Shown here one piece after another: positions 1 to 9,439 of a stretch of 64,000 bases of DNA. The number at the start of each line of letters is the position of its first letter. Position 1 is the first letter of the stretch. A program made the position numbers and the translations under genes. Under the pieces are notes generated by a model. That model had not been told where the DNA came from, did not search any database, and worked only from the letters and a program-made list of their open reading frames with translations. This stretch comes from Clostridiales bacterium. Lineage in GTDB: Bacteria > Bacillota > Clostridia > Christensenellales > Pumilibacteraceae. Where the stretch lies: positions 1,457 to 65,456 of the forward strand of contig JAFLVG010000007.1 in NCBI GenBank assembly GCA_022508445.1, written 5' to 3'.

Positions 1-1
1 A

Positions 2-1336
2 GGGTTTGCGTTGCGGCTTGTGTTCGCGCTTTGCATACGCGGATTTCGCGATGATTACGCGGTGTTTTCGCGCATGTTCGATCATCTGAATACAGACGGT
101 ATATCGGGATATTACGCAGGCGACGCAAGCGTAGTACTTTATCCCGTGGTGTACTTTATCTATTTGATTTTCGGCGGCATATCCAACGCAATGGGATTTT
201 CCCAGTACGCACTCGGCATGCAGTTTATGGTCAAACTGCCGCTAATTATCGCAGATCTATTGGCCGCGTTTGCCGTCTATAAAATAGCCGCAAAATACAT
301 CAATAAGCGTGTGGCGCTGTCACTGTGCGCATTCGTGTGCATTTGCCCGATATTCTTTATCGGATCGAGCCTGTGGTGTACGCCCATAACGTTTACCGTG
401 ATGTTCGCTTGCCTTGCATGTTATTTCCTCGCGCGCAAAAAGCACTTGTGGACGATCGTATTCATGACCGCGGCGGCGTTTTCGAGCAAAGAGGGAATAT
501 ATCTTTTCCCCGTGGCGTGCGTGTTCTCGCTGTATCACTTCGTCCGAGCAATAAGAAACATACTGAAAAATTCGCCCAAAGGCAAAGCGCTGCTTGGCAG
601 TGACTATATTGCGGCTATAACAGTCCCCGTGGGTTTTGTGGCGTCACTCGTCGGCGCGTATCTCGTCGGGCTTTTCATGATCTCGTCGTACAGCTATAAT
701 CTGTTTACTTTTATATATGAGTTCTTGATTGCGCCGCTCGTCGGTTGGAGTTACTTCACTTTCAACGGATTGAGCGTTTACACAATATTCAATCAGAACG
801 GAAGTGTGCCGAGCGCACGTTTCCCGTCTTGGGTATTTGCGTTGGTGTTTATTGCGATAATAACGGCTGTTGTTTGCATAGTCTACTTCTCAAAGCGCAA
901 CCGTGCAACGCTCGTCATGCTTGCGGCATATTCGCTATTCACCATGCAAACATATTATCCGGGATCGACCGCAATCGGATTTGCGTGCGTGTTTGCGGTG
1001 CTGCTCGCCGCGTATGCGCTCGTGCGCGATAAGCGATTGCTCATGATATTGTTCGCCAGTGGGCTCGCGTACGTCGTGAATACGATTACGGCGCTTTCTT
1101 GTGCGGGTTATCTCAACAATCTCGGTGAATACTATTTCGGCACAGAGCAACAGCTTCTTTCCGGAAACCTTGGCATTGTCGGCATTATTTGCTCGGTAGT
1201 GACTGTACTCTCACACATATACTTCACGGTGGTTACGGTCAGCGTCGGCATGACGGGACAGAAAAAATTGCTTGAACCGCAACGCGGTATAATGGATAGC
1301 ATAAAAGAGTTTTTTGCAATCAAGAAGGGTGTGTAA
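2..1336 (+). CDS. Polytopic membrane protein, GT-C-fold glycosyltransferase-like (PMT_2/DUF2029-like). The frame is open to the window edge, so the 5' end may be missing.
   Basis: 441-aa ORF (track 11..1336) with many hydrophobic segments. The segment MQFMVKLPLIIADLLAAFAVYKIA resembles the conserved first-loop region of GT-C mannosyltransferases. There is no stop between nt 2 and 11. Confidence 0.4.
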   Translation, partial: GFALRLVFALCIRGFRDDYAVFSRMFDHLNTDGISGYYAGDASVVLYPVVYFIYLIFGGISNAMGFSQYALGMQFMVKLPLIIADLLAAFAVYKIAAKYINKRVALSLCAFVCICPIFFIGSSLWCTPITFTVMFACLACYFLARKKHLWTIVFMTAAAFSSKEGIYLFPVACVFSLYHFVRAIRNILKNSPKGKALLGSDYIAAITVPVGFVASLVGAYLVGLFMISSYSYNLFTFIYEFLIAPLVGWSYFTFNGLSVYTIFNQNGSVPSARFPSWVFALVFIAIITAVVCIVYFSKRNRATLVMLAAYSLFTMQTYYPGSTAIGFACVFAVLLAAYALVRDKRLLMILFASGLAYVVNTITALSCAGYLNNLGEYYFGTEQQLLSGNLGIVGIICSVVTVLSHIYFTVVTVSVGMTGQKKLLEPQRGIMDSIKEFFAIKKGV

Positions 1337-2880
1337 TGCTTGCGAAAATAAATAGCTACGCGCTTAACGGACTCGACGGGTACGGCGTGACAGTCGAGGT
1401 CGATATACATTCGGGGCTGCCTGCTTTCGATGTCGTAGGGCTTCCCGACGCGGCGATAAAGGAATCGCGCGAGCGTGTGCGTTCGGCTATTAAAAACAGC
1501 GGTTTCGATTTTACTCCGCGCAAGATCACAGTCAACCTTGCGCCGGCGCATACGAAAAAAGAAGGACCGATATTCGATCTTGCGATTGCGCTCGGTATTC
1601 TTTGCTCCACAGAGCAAGCCGGAGTGGACGAAAACAACGTGCCCGTCAAAGCAATAGGCGAATATGTATTTTTGGGTGAGCTGTCGCTTTCGGGCTCAGT
1701 CGGACGAATCAACGGCGTTATGCCAATGCTGATTGCGGCGCGCGAGCGCGGAGTAAAGAAAATAGTCATTCCCAAAGCAAACGTCAATGAGGCGCGTTAC
1801 ATACGCGGAATAGAAGTCTATGCGGTGGAAACACTGCGCGACGCCGTTTCACTTATAAACGGCGAAGTCAAAGCGCCTATCGATAAATGCGATATTCTTA
1901 CCACCGGCGGTGCAAAGCCTAGCGAGGATTTGAAGTACGTCAAGGGACAGTACTTTGCAAAGCGAGCGCTCGAAATTGCGGCGGCAGGCGGTCACAACAT
2001 ACTTATGATCGGCTCGCCGGGCGGCGGAAAAACAATGCTTGCAAAGTGTTTGACGGGCATACTGCCCGAAATGACCGAGCGCGAGATATTGGAAACGACC
2101 AAGATTCACTCTGTCGCAGGCATTCTCGACGAGGAGCGCGGAATCGTGACCGTAAGACCGTTCCGCAGTCCCCACCACACGTCGAGTAGGATAGCGTTGA
2201 CGGGCGGAGGCTCGTCGGCGCGTCCGGGTGAAATAAGCTACGCGCATAACGGCGTTTTGTTTTTGGACGAGCTTCCCGAATATCCGAGGAGCGTTTTGGA
2301 GATACTTCGTCAGCCGCTCGAAGACGGCGTAGTGACTGTTTCGCGTGCGGCGAGATCGGTGGAATATCCGGCCAACTTTATGCTTGTCGCGAGCATGAAC
2401 CCCTGTCCGTGCGGATATAACGGCTCGAAAACGCACGACTGTTCTTGCTCGCCGTCGCAAATCCAAAAATACATGTCGAGAATATCGGGACCGTTGCTCG
2501 ACAGAATAGATTTGCATATTCAAGTGGACGAAGTGGGATACGGAGATTTGACCGAAGGCATAGAGGCTGAAAGTTCTGCCGATGTGCGTGCGCGAGTGAA
2601 TGCCGCGCGTGACGTGCAGAACAAGCGGTTTGACGGCACCGATGTCACGTGCAACGCTAATATGACAAGCGAGATGATAAAAACTCATTGCGCTTTGGAC
2701 TCTGCCGGTGAGCGCATCTTGCAAAGCGCATTTGATAAGCTCGGCTTGTCTGCTCGCGCATATACGAGGATCTTGAAGGTAGCACGAACGATAGCCGATC
2801 TCGGCGGATCGGAAAACATAACATCCAACCACGTTGCGGAAGCGGTCATGTACCGTTCGCTCGATAAGGCGGTTAAGTAA
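1336..2880 (+). CDS. comM: Mg-chelatase-like AAA+ protein ComM/YifB
   Basis: N-terminal Lon-like region GLDGYGVTVEVDIHSGLPAFDVVGLPDAAIKESRERV. Walker A GSPGGGKT and Walker B VLFLDEL. Sits upstream of dprA, as in many Firmicutes. Confidence 0.9.
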   Translation: MLAKINSYALNGLDGYGVTVEVDIHSGLPAFDVVGLPDAAIKESRERVRSAIKNSGFDFTPRKITVNLAPAHTKKEGPIFDLAIALGILCSTEQAGVDENNVPVKAIGEYVFLGELSLSGSVGRINGVMPMLIAARERGVKKIVIPKANVNEARYIRGIEVYAVETLRDAVSLINGEVKAPIDKCDILTTGGAKPSEDLKYVKGQYFAKRALEIAAAGGHNILMIGSPGGGKTMLAKCLTGILPEMTEREILETTKIHSVAGILDEERGIVTVRPFRSPHHTSSRIALTGGGSSARPGEISYAHNGVLFLDELPEYPRSVLEILRQPLEDGVVTVSRAARSVEYPANFMLVASMNPCPCGYNGSKTHDCSCSPSQIQKYMSRISGPLLDRIDLHIQVDEVGYGDLTEGIEAESSADVRARVNAARDVQNKRFDGTDVTCNANMTSEMIKTHCALDSAGERILQSAFDKLGLSARAYTRILKVARTIADLGGSENITSNHVAEAVMYRSLDKAVK

Positions 2881-3942
2881 ATGTTGCTTTCGGATATATA
2901 TTTATGGTTGTCGTATTCGCATATCGCTACGCCAAAGCTCAATAAAATTTTAGAACAGGTATCGCCGACTCAGCTATGGGATATCTTGTCCGACGAAGGC
3001 AAATATCTTCTGGACGAAAAGACTTTCAACACGCTCAAACGCACGCACAGCGTCGATTATATCGAACGTGCAAAGCAGTATCTCGAAATAAACAATGTGA
3101 AATACGTAACACGTGCCGATCCGGCATATCCGACGGCGCTCGCGCAAACCGAGGTCAATCCGCCGCCCGTAATTTACTACAAGGGCAATCTCGATATAGT
3201 TCGCGAGCCGTGCATAGCGGTTGTCGGCACCAGAAGAGCCTCGCAGTACGGAAAGTACGCCACAAACAAGATAGTTGAAGAGCTTGCAGGCGCGTTCACG
3301 ATAGTGAGCGGTCTTGCCGCAGGCATAGACGCTTTTGCGCATTCTGCGGCGCTCAAAGCAGGAGGAAAAACCATTGCCGTACTCGGCAGCGGACTATTCA
3401 ACGCGTCGCCCGTGTCAAATCTAAAATTATTTGACGAAATTTGCCGTGACGGACTCGTTATGAGCGAATATACACCCGATGTCCATGCTTCGGCATATAC
3501 TTTTCCGCAACGCAATAGACTTATTAGCGGACTGTCGCGCGGCGTGCTTGTAGTGGAAGCCGCAGAACGTAGCGGCTCGCTGATAACTGCCGGTTGCGCG
3601 CTCGATCAGGGTAGAGACGTATTTGCAGTTCCCGGCGATATAGACAAGCCGCGTTCGATTGGAACCAACAATCTCATTAAGAGCGGTGCGATCGCCGTCA
3701 CTTGCGCGAGCGATATTTCTGATTATTACTCGGTTTCTTTGAAAAAATCGGAGAGAAAAATAATAGCGCTCGATTTTTCGGAGCAGCATGTATTGGACAT
3801 GCTTAACGAGGGAGAAAAGACGTTCGACTGTTTGGCAGAAACGAGCGGAATGTCAGTGCCGGAGCTTAATATAGCGTTGTCGTCGCTAATAATCAACGGT
3901 CTTATTCATGAAAAGTCAAAAAATCTTTATTGCGTTTCGTAA
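2881..3942 (+). CDS. dprA: DNA processing protein DprA (Smf)
   Basis: Rossmann core GLAAGIDAFAHSAALKAGGKTIAVLGSGL and FPQRNRLISGLS. dprA-topA synteny. Confidence 0.9.
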   Translation: MLLSDIYLWLSYSHIATPKLNKILEQVSPTQLWDILSDEGKYLLDEKTFNTLKRTHSVDYIERAKQYLEINNVKYVTRADPAYPTALAQTEVNPPPVIYYKGNLDIVREPCIAVVGTRRASQYGKYATNKIVEELAGAFTIVSGLAAGIDAFAHSAALKAGGKTIAVLGSGLFNASPVSNLKLFDEICRDGLVMSEYTPDVHASAYTFPQRNRLISGLSRGVLVVEAAERSGSLITAGCALDQGRDVFAVPGDIDKPRSIGTNNLIKSGAIAVTCASDISDYYSVSLKKSERKIIALDFSEQHVLDMLNEGEKTFDCLAETSGMSVPELNIALSSLIINGLIHEKSKNLYCVS

Positions 3943-3961
3943 GGCAAAAAGGAGAATGTAA

Positions 3962-6223
3962 GTGAAACTTGTAGTAATTGAGGGTTTCGGTAAGCTTGAA
4001 ACAGTGCAAAAGTATCTCGGTAGCGGATATAAAGTGTTCGCCACGGGCGGACATGTCCGCGATCTTCCGTCAAAACGACTTGCTGTCGACGTCAAAAAAG
4101 ACTTTGAGCCGACTTACGTCATTATGGACGACAAAAAAAGTGTCGCCGAAAGCCTCAAAAAAGCGGCAAGCTCCGCCGAAACGGTATTGCTCGCAACCGA
4201 CCCCGACCGCGAGGGCGAGGCGATTTCGTGGCACGTCGCTACGCTTTTGAATATTCCCGAAAACGCGCCCGTGCGTATCGAGTTTAACGAGATAAGCAAG
4301 AACGCCATTCAGAACGCGCTCAAAAATCCGCGCGCAATCGATAAGAATCTCGTAGATGCACAGCAAGCGCGACGCGTCCTCGATAGGCTTGTTGGATATA
4401 AGGTTTCTCCCGTACTGTGCAAAAAGATACAGAGCAATTTAAGCGCGGGCAGGGTGCAGTCGGTAACGCTCCGATTGGTAGTCGATCGCGAACGCGAAAT
4501 TCAAGCGTTTGTTGCCGAAGAATATTGGAATTTCTTTTCCCACCTCCAAACAAGCATCGGCGAAGATGTGAAAACCGCGCTTGTCGGCTACTGTGGGGAA
4601 AAGATCAAGCTGTCTTGCGAAAATGACGTGAAAAAGGTAGTGTCAGGACTCGACGGCGCGGATTATGAAGTTAAATCCGTCAAAAAGAGCGTCACAAAAG
4701 CGCATCCTTGTGCGCCGTTCATAACGTCTACAATGCAACAAGACGCCATGAATAAGCTGGGCATGAGCTTGCGCCAAACGTCTTCTGCGGCGCAGTCGCT
4801 GTACGAGGGCGTAGAACTTCCCGGCGAAGGAAAGGTCGCTCTCATCACATATATAAGAACGGACTCCACAAGGGTGTCCAACGCGGCGATAGCGGCGGCG
4901 CGAGAGTATATCGGCGCTAACTACGGCAGTGAATATCTCCCCGAAAAGCCCAATTATTATGCTTCCAAGAAAAGCGCGCAGGACGCGCACGAGGCGATAC
5001 GCCCGATATCGCTCGAACGCACGCCCGAAAGCGTCAAGCCGCATATGAACAAGTACAATTACATGCTGTACAATCTCATATACAAGCGTTTCTTGGCTAG
5101 TCAGATGTCCGACGCGACGTACAACTCGGTGTCGGTTGACATTCGCGCTAACGATTACGATTTCCGCATAAGCGGAAGAACGCCCATATTCGACGGATTC
5201 ACAAAGGTGTACGCGACTGCGGAAAAGCAATCGGATGACGACGGAAAGACCGACGACATCAAGCGCATACCAGAGCTTAAAGAGGGCGAAAAGCTCAAAT
5301 TCATCAAGCATGAGTACGAGCAAAAATTCACCAAGCCGCCTGCAAGATACACCGAAGCGAGCCTTGTAAAGGCCATGGAGGAAAAGGGCATAGGGCGGCC
5401 TGCGACATATACGCCTACGGTCACGTTGCTTTTCTCGCGCAAGTATATTGAAAAGAACGGAAGAGCGATCGCCGCAACAGAGCTCGGCTGTAAAGTCACG
5501 GACATGCTCGTCAAGTATTTCCCCGACATCATGGACGTGGGATTCACCGCAAACATGGAGAGCGAGCTCGACGGGATCGAGGACGGTGGCGTGCGCTGGC
5601 AAAACGTGGTCGCAAGATTTTACGACGGTTTCGAGGACAAGATAGCGGCGGCAAAAGCCGACGACTATACGCTCAAAGTCCCCGATGAGGCAACCGATTA
5701 TATTTGCGAAAAATGCGGCGCAAAAATGGTCGTCAAGACGGGCAGATACGGTAAGTTTTTGGCGTGTCCCAATTACCCCAAGTGCAAAAACACCAAGAAT
5801 TTGGACGAAAACGGCAATATAGCACAACCAAAAGAACCCGAAGTATCCGACGTGGTGTGCGAAAAGTGCGGCGCAAAAATGATTGTCAAGACCGGCAGAT
5901 ACGGCAAGTTTTTGGCGTGTCCGAATTACCCGAAGTGCAAGAACATAGTCAATCTCGAAAAACCGCAGGAGAGCGCCGTGCAGTTGCCGCCTTGTCCCAA
6001 GTGCGGCAAACCGCTAAAAATAATCACCACGAGAAAATCCACGTTTTACGGTTGCTCGGGATATCCCGAGTGCGATTTTGCGTCATCCGATCCGCCCGCG
6101 GGCGAGGAGTGTCCGCAGTGCGGCTCATATCTTGTCGTGAAAACGGGCAAGAACGGAAAGTACGTCAAGTGTTCGAACAAGACGTGCAAGTTTAAGCGCA
6201 ATGAGGAAAATGACAAAGCTTAA
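3962..6223 (+). CDS. topA: DNA topoisomerase I with four C-terminal C4 zinc ribbons
   Basis: GTG start 7 nt after AAGGAG. Toprim motif ATDPDREGEAISWH. Catalytic-Tyr region ITYIRTDS. CxxC...CxxxxC ribbons in the C-terminus. Confidence 0.95.
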   Translation: MKLVVIEGFGKLETVQKYLGSGYKVFATGGHVRDLPSKRLAVDVKKDFEPTYVIMDDKKSVAESLKKAASSAETVLLATDPDREGEAISWHVATLLNIPENAPVRIEFNEISKNAIQNALKNPRAIDKNLVDAQQARRVLDRLVGYKVSPVLCKKIQSNLSAGRVQSVTLRLVVDREREIQAFVAEEYWNFFSHLQTSIGEDVKTALVGYCGEKIKLSCENDVKKVVSGLDGADYEVKSVKKSVTKAHPCAPFITSTMQQDAMNKLGMSLRQTSSAAQSLYEGVELPGEGKVALITYIRTDSTRVSNAAIAAAREYIGANYGSEYLPEKPNYYASKKSAQDAHEAIRPISLERTPESVKPHMNKYNYMLYNLIYKRFLASQMSDATYNSVSVDIRANDYDFRISGRTPIFDGFTKVYATAEKQSDDDGKTDDIKRIPELKEGEKLKFIKHEYEQKFTKPPARYTEASLVKAMEEKGIGRPATYTPTVTLLFSRKYIEKNGRAIAATELGCKVTDMLVKYFPDIMDVGFTANMESELDGIEDGGVRWQNVVARFYDGFEDKIAAAKADDYTLKVPDEATDYICEKCGAKMVVKTGRYGKFLACPNYPKCKNTKNLDENGNIAQPKEPEVSDVVCEKCGAKMIVKTGRYGKFLACPNYPKCKNIVNLEKPQESAVQLPPCPKCGKPLKIITTRKSTFYGCSGYPECDFASSDPPAGEECPQCGSYLVVKTGKNGKYVKCSNKTCKFKRNEENDKA
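5705..5943 (+). repeat. Intragenic tandem duplication (153-nt period) of a zinc-ribbon module in topA
   Basis: 5705-5790 and 5858-5943 are about 90 percent identical by eye at the nucleotide level. They encode CEKCGAKMVVKTGRYGKFLACPNYPKCKN and CEKCGAKMIVKTGRYGKFLACPNYPKCKN. Confidence 0.85.
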
Positions 6224-7499
6224 TGCGGTAAACATCATAGGCGGCGGACTTGCGGGATCGGAAGCCGCGCTGTATCTTTCGTCGCACGGCATTCGCGTCC
6301 GCTTGTTCGAGGCAAAACCGCTGTGGCTTTCGGCTGCACATAAAAGCACAGGCTTTGCGGAAATCGTATGCTCGAACTCGCTAAAAAGCACTGTTGAAAC
6401 GACGGCGAGCGGCACGCTCAAAAACGAGCTTGACGCGCTCGGCTGTTCGCTTCTCGGTATTGCAAGAGAAACGTCTGTACCGGCAGGGAGTGCGCTTGCA
6501 GTCGACCGCGACAAATTTTCGGCGCGCGTCACCGCGTCAATCGAAGCGTCGCCCAATATCGAAATAATCAACAAAATCGTCGATGATATCGACACGTCCG
6601 AGCTTACTCTTGTCTGTGCGGGACCTGTTTGTCACGATTCGCTTGCAAATTCTTTGATACGCCTTTCGGGCGAGAATTCTCTGCATTTTTTCGATGCCGC
6701 CGCACCCATAATCACCGCCGAGTGCATAGACATGTCGCGAGCGTTCTACGGCGCAAGGTACGGCAAGGGCGGCGACGATTATATCAATTGTCCGATGACC
6801 AAGGACGAATATTTAAATTTTTACCGTGAGCTTATTGCCGCAGAACGTGCGACCGACGAAATCGGCGGTGTGTTCGAGGGCTGTATGCCTGTCGAGGTAA
6901 TGGCGGCGCGCGGAGAGGACGCCTTGCGGTTCGGACCCCTGCGGCCTGTCGGATTCCGCGAGGCGGGCAAGCCGTATGCCGTGTTACAGCTACGCCGTGA
7001 AAACAGAGAAGGCACGCTCTTCAATCTTGTCGGTTTTCAAACAAACCTCAAATTCGGCGAACAAAAGCGTGTGTTTTCGCTTATTCCGGCACTCAAAAAC
7101 ATAGAGATTGTGCGGTACGGCGTCATGCACAGAAACACGTTTATAAATGCGCCCGTAACGCTTTCGAGCGATCTTCGACTGCTTCGACACGAAAACGTGT
7201 TTGTGGCAGGGCAATTATGCGGCGTGGAAGGATACGTGGAAAGCATAGCGACCGGACTTTTGGCGGCAATCAACGCAAGGCGGCTCATACAAGGCAAGCA
7301 AACGGTCGTGCCGCCTCGCGAAACGATTTTGGGCGCGCTTTGCGAATACATTACTACGCCGAACAGCAATTTTCAGCCGATGAATGCAAACTTCGGAATT
7401 TTGCCGCAACTTGTCGGCGTTAAAAAGGCGGAGCGCAAACAGGCATATTACGTAAGAAGCGCAAAGGCGATCGGCGATTTCGTTCAAAATACATTGTGA
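6201..7499 (+). CDS. trmFO: Methylenetetrahydrofolate-tRNA-(uracil-5)-methyltransferase TrmFO (Gid)
   Basis: FAD fold VNIIGGGLAGSEAA. Length and topA-trmFO-hslVU synteny fit. The start is ambiguous between ATG 6201 and ATG 6210. Overlaps the topA 3' end. Confidence 0.9.
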   Translation: MRKMTKLNAVNIIGGGLAGSEAALYLSSHGIRVRLFEAKPLWLSAAHKSTGFAEIVCSNSLKSTVETTASGTLKNELDALGCSLLGIARETSVPAGSALAVDRDKFSARVTASIEASPNIEIINKIVDDIDTSELTLVCAGPVCHDSLANSLIRLSGENSLHFFDAAAPIITAECIDMSRAFYGARYGKGGDDYINCPMTKDEYLNFYRELIAAERATDEIGGVFEGCMPVEVMAARGEDALRFGPLRPVGFREAGKPYAVLQLRRENREGTLFNLVGFQTNLKFGEQKRVFSLIPALKNIEIVRYGVMHRNTFINAPVTLSSDLRLLRHENVFVAGQLCGVEGYVESIATGLLAAINARRLIQGKQTVVPPRETILGALCEYITTPNSNFQPMNANFGILPQLVGVKKAERKQAYYVRSAKAIGDFVQNTL

Positions 7500-7526
7500 C
7501 GGCAAATATAAAATCGATCAATTCGA

Positions 7527-7555
7527 TTGTCAATCCATTTCGATTATGCTATACT
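7527..7555 (+). promoter_or_regulatory. Sigma-A-type promoter for hslVU
   Basis: TTGTCA, 17-nt spacer with TGc, then TATACT. The hexamer ends 25 nt before the ATG, and AGGAG lies in between. Confidence 0.6.
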
Positions 7556-7580
7556 TACCTTAACAAAAGGAGATGTAAAC

Positions 7581-8114
7581 ATGAAACTCGAAGGAACAAC
7601 CATTATTGGCGTTCGCCGCAACGGTCAAACGGTAATTGCAGGCGACGGTCAGGTTACGCAAAATCAACAAGTAATAATGAAGGGAAATGCGAAAAAGGTG
7701 CGGCGCGTGTACAACGACAACGTTGTACTCGGCTTTGCCGGATCGGTTGCGGACGCTTTCACATTGAGTGAGAGGTTTGAAGAAATGCTCAACAAGTACT
7801 CGGGCAATCTCATGCGCGCGGCGGTCGAGCTTGCAATGCTCTGGCGCGGAGACAGGGCATTACGCCAACTCGAAGCGCTCATGATAGTTGCGGACAAGAA
7901 CGACATGTTCATAGTTTCGGGTAGCGGCGACGTTATCGAACCCGAACACGGGGTTTGCGCAATCGGCTCTGGCGGTAATTATGCGCTCGCGGCAGGCAGG
8001 GCGTTGCTCGAAAACACCGATATGACCGCAGAGCAAGTCGCCCGTGAGGCCATGCGCATTGCGTCCGACATTTGCATATTCACCAATTCAAATATTGTAG
8101 TGGAGGTCGCATAA
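7581..8114 (+). CDS. hslV: ATP-dependent protease subunit HslV (ClpQ)
   Basis: ATG 8 nt after AGGAG. N-terminal [10 protein letters not shown] with Thr nucleophile. [14 protein letters not shown]. The track ORF start at 7527 has no SD and overlaps the predicted promoter. Confidence 0.93.
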   Translation: MKLEGTTIIGVRRNGQTVIAGDGQVTQNQQVIMKGNAKKVRRVYNDNVVLGFAGSVADAFTLSERFEEMLNKYSGNLMRAAVELAMLWRGDRALRQLEALMIVADKNDMFIVSGSGDVIEPEHGVCAIGSGGNYALAAGRALLENTDMTAEQVAREAMRIASDICIFTNSNIVVEVA

Positions 8115-9436
8115 TGGATCTTACGCCTAAACAGATAGTGTCGGAGCTCGACCGATATATCATAGGTCAGGCAAAGGCCAAGCGCGCGGTCGCAATAGCG
8201 CTTCGTAACCGTTACCGCAGGAGCAAGCTTCCCGAAACGGTGCGCGACGAAATAACGCCCAAAAACATCATCATGAAAGGTCCTACGGGCGTGGGCAAGA
8301 CGGAGATTGCACGCAGACTCGCAAAAATAATGCGTGCGCCGTTCATCAAGGTCGAGGCCACCAAATACACAGAGGTCGGTTACGTCGGGCGCGACGTAGA
8401 GTCCATGATACGCGATCTTGCCGAAACCGCCGTACATCTTGTCAAGGAAGAGCAAATGGCGGTGGTGGAAAACAAGGCGCGCGAGTTCGCCGAGCAGAAG
8501 ATTATCGACGTCATACTCAAAGCGCGAAAAAAATCCAATCCAGATGTTGCGGAAAGTGTGCTTCGCAATAAGATAACGGACGAGCTTCACGACGGCAAGC
8601 TCAAAAACACTGTGATTGAGATAGAGGTTGCCGAGCGCATGCCGCAAATGGAGGCTATGCCCGGCATGACGATAGACCTTAATCTCGGAGAAATGCTCGG
8701 CAGTCTCGGAAGTCTTATTCCTCAAAAGAAAAAGCGCCGCAAGGTTTCGGTAGACGAAGCGATTGCCCTCTATATGGAAGAAGAGAGCGAGCGGCTGCTC
8801 GATATGGACGCTATCAAATCGGAGGGCGTAAGGCGCGCGCAAGAGGACGGCATAATCTTTATCGACGAGATAGACAAGATCGCCAACAAGCAAGGCGCAA
8901 GCGGCGGAATGGACGTATCACGCGAGGGCGTTCAGCGCGATATTCTGCCCATAGTCGAGGGCTGTACGGTAATGACCAAGTACGGCGCGATAAAGACGGA
9001 CTACATTTTGTTTATCGCGGCAGGCGCTTTCCAGATTTCGAGCGTTACCGATTTGATTCCCGAGCTTCAAGGTCGTTTCCCGATAAGAGTCGATCTCGAA
9101 TCGCTCACTTTCGACGATTTCGTAAAGATTTTCACAGAACCCGAAAACGCTGTAACAAGGCAGTATGCGGCGCTTCTTTCGGTAGAAAATATAGAGCTGA
9201 AATTTACGCCCGAGGCGATTGAAGAAATGAGCCGCATTGCGGTTATGGAAAACGAAACGGGCGAAGATATCGGCGCACGTCGGCTCCACACAGTTATGGA
9301 GAGCTTGCTCGAAGACATCAGCTTTAATGCCGACGGCAACAATCCCAGAATAGAAGTGAACGTAGACAAAGCATATGTTCAAGAACATCTCGCAAAAGAG
9401 ATTTCTGCGCACAACCTCAAAAAATATATTTTGTAA
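8114..9436 (+). CDS. hslU: ATP-dependent protease ATPase subunit HslU (ClpY)
   Basis: TAATG overlap with the hslV stop. LTPKQIVSELDRYIIGQ. Walker A GPTGVGKTEIARRLA. IIFIDEIDKI. Confidence 0.95.
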   Translation: MDLTPKQIVSELDRYIIGQAKAKRAVAIALRNRYRRSKLPETVRDEITPKNIIMKGPTGVGKTEIARRLAKIMRAPFIKVEATKYTEVGYVGRDVESMIRDLAETAVHLVKEEQMAVVENKAREFAEQKIIDVILKARKKSNPDVAESVLRNKITDELHDGKLKNTVIEIEVAERMPQMEAMPGMTIDLNLGEMLGSLGSLIPQKKKRRKVSVDEAIALYMEEESERLLDMDAIKSEGVRRAQEDGIIFIDEIDKIANKQGASGGMDVSREGVQRDILPIVEGCTVMTKYGAIKTDYILFIAAGAFQISSVTDLIPELQGRFPIRVDLESLTFDDFVKIFTEPENAVTRQYAALLSVENIELKFTPEAIEEMSRIAVMENETGEDIGARRLHTVMESLLEDISFNADGNNPRIEVNVDKAYVQEHLAKEISAHNLKKYIL

Positions 9437-9439
9437 GCT

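Noticed and set aside
4643-5827. 394-aa minus-strand ORF antisense to topA. Similar long antisense ORFs lie at 1849-2832, 7979-8893, 8918-9811, 17787-18692, 28709-29599, 35965-36822 and 51539-52297.
   Set aside because: Each lies entirely opposite a confidently identified + strand gene. All have Arg/His/Cys/Phe-rich, low-complexity-like translations with no recognisable motifs and no SD. These are typical shadow ORFs of coding regions.
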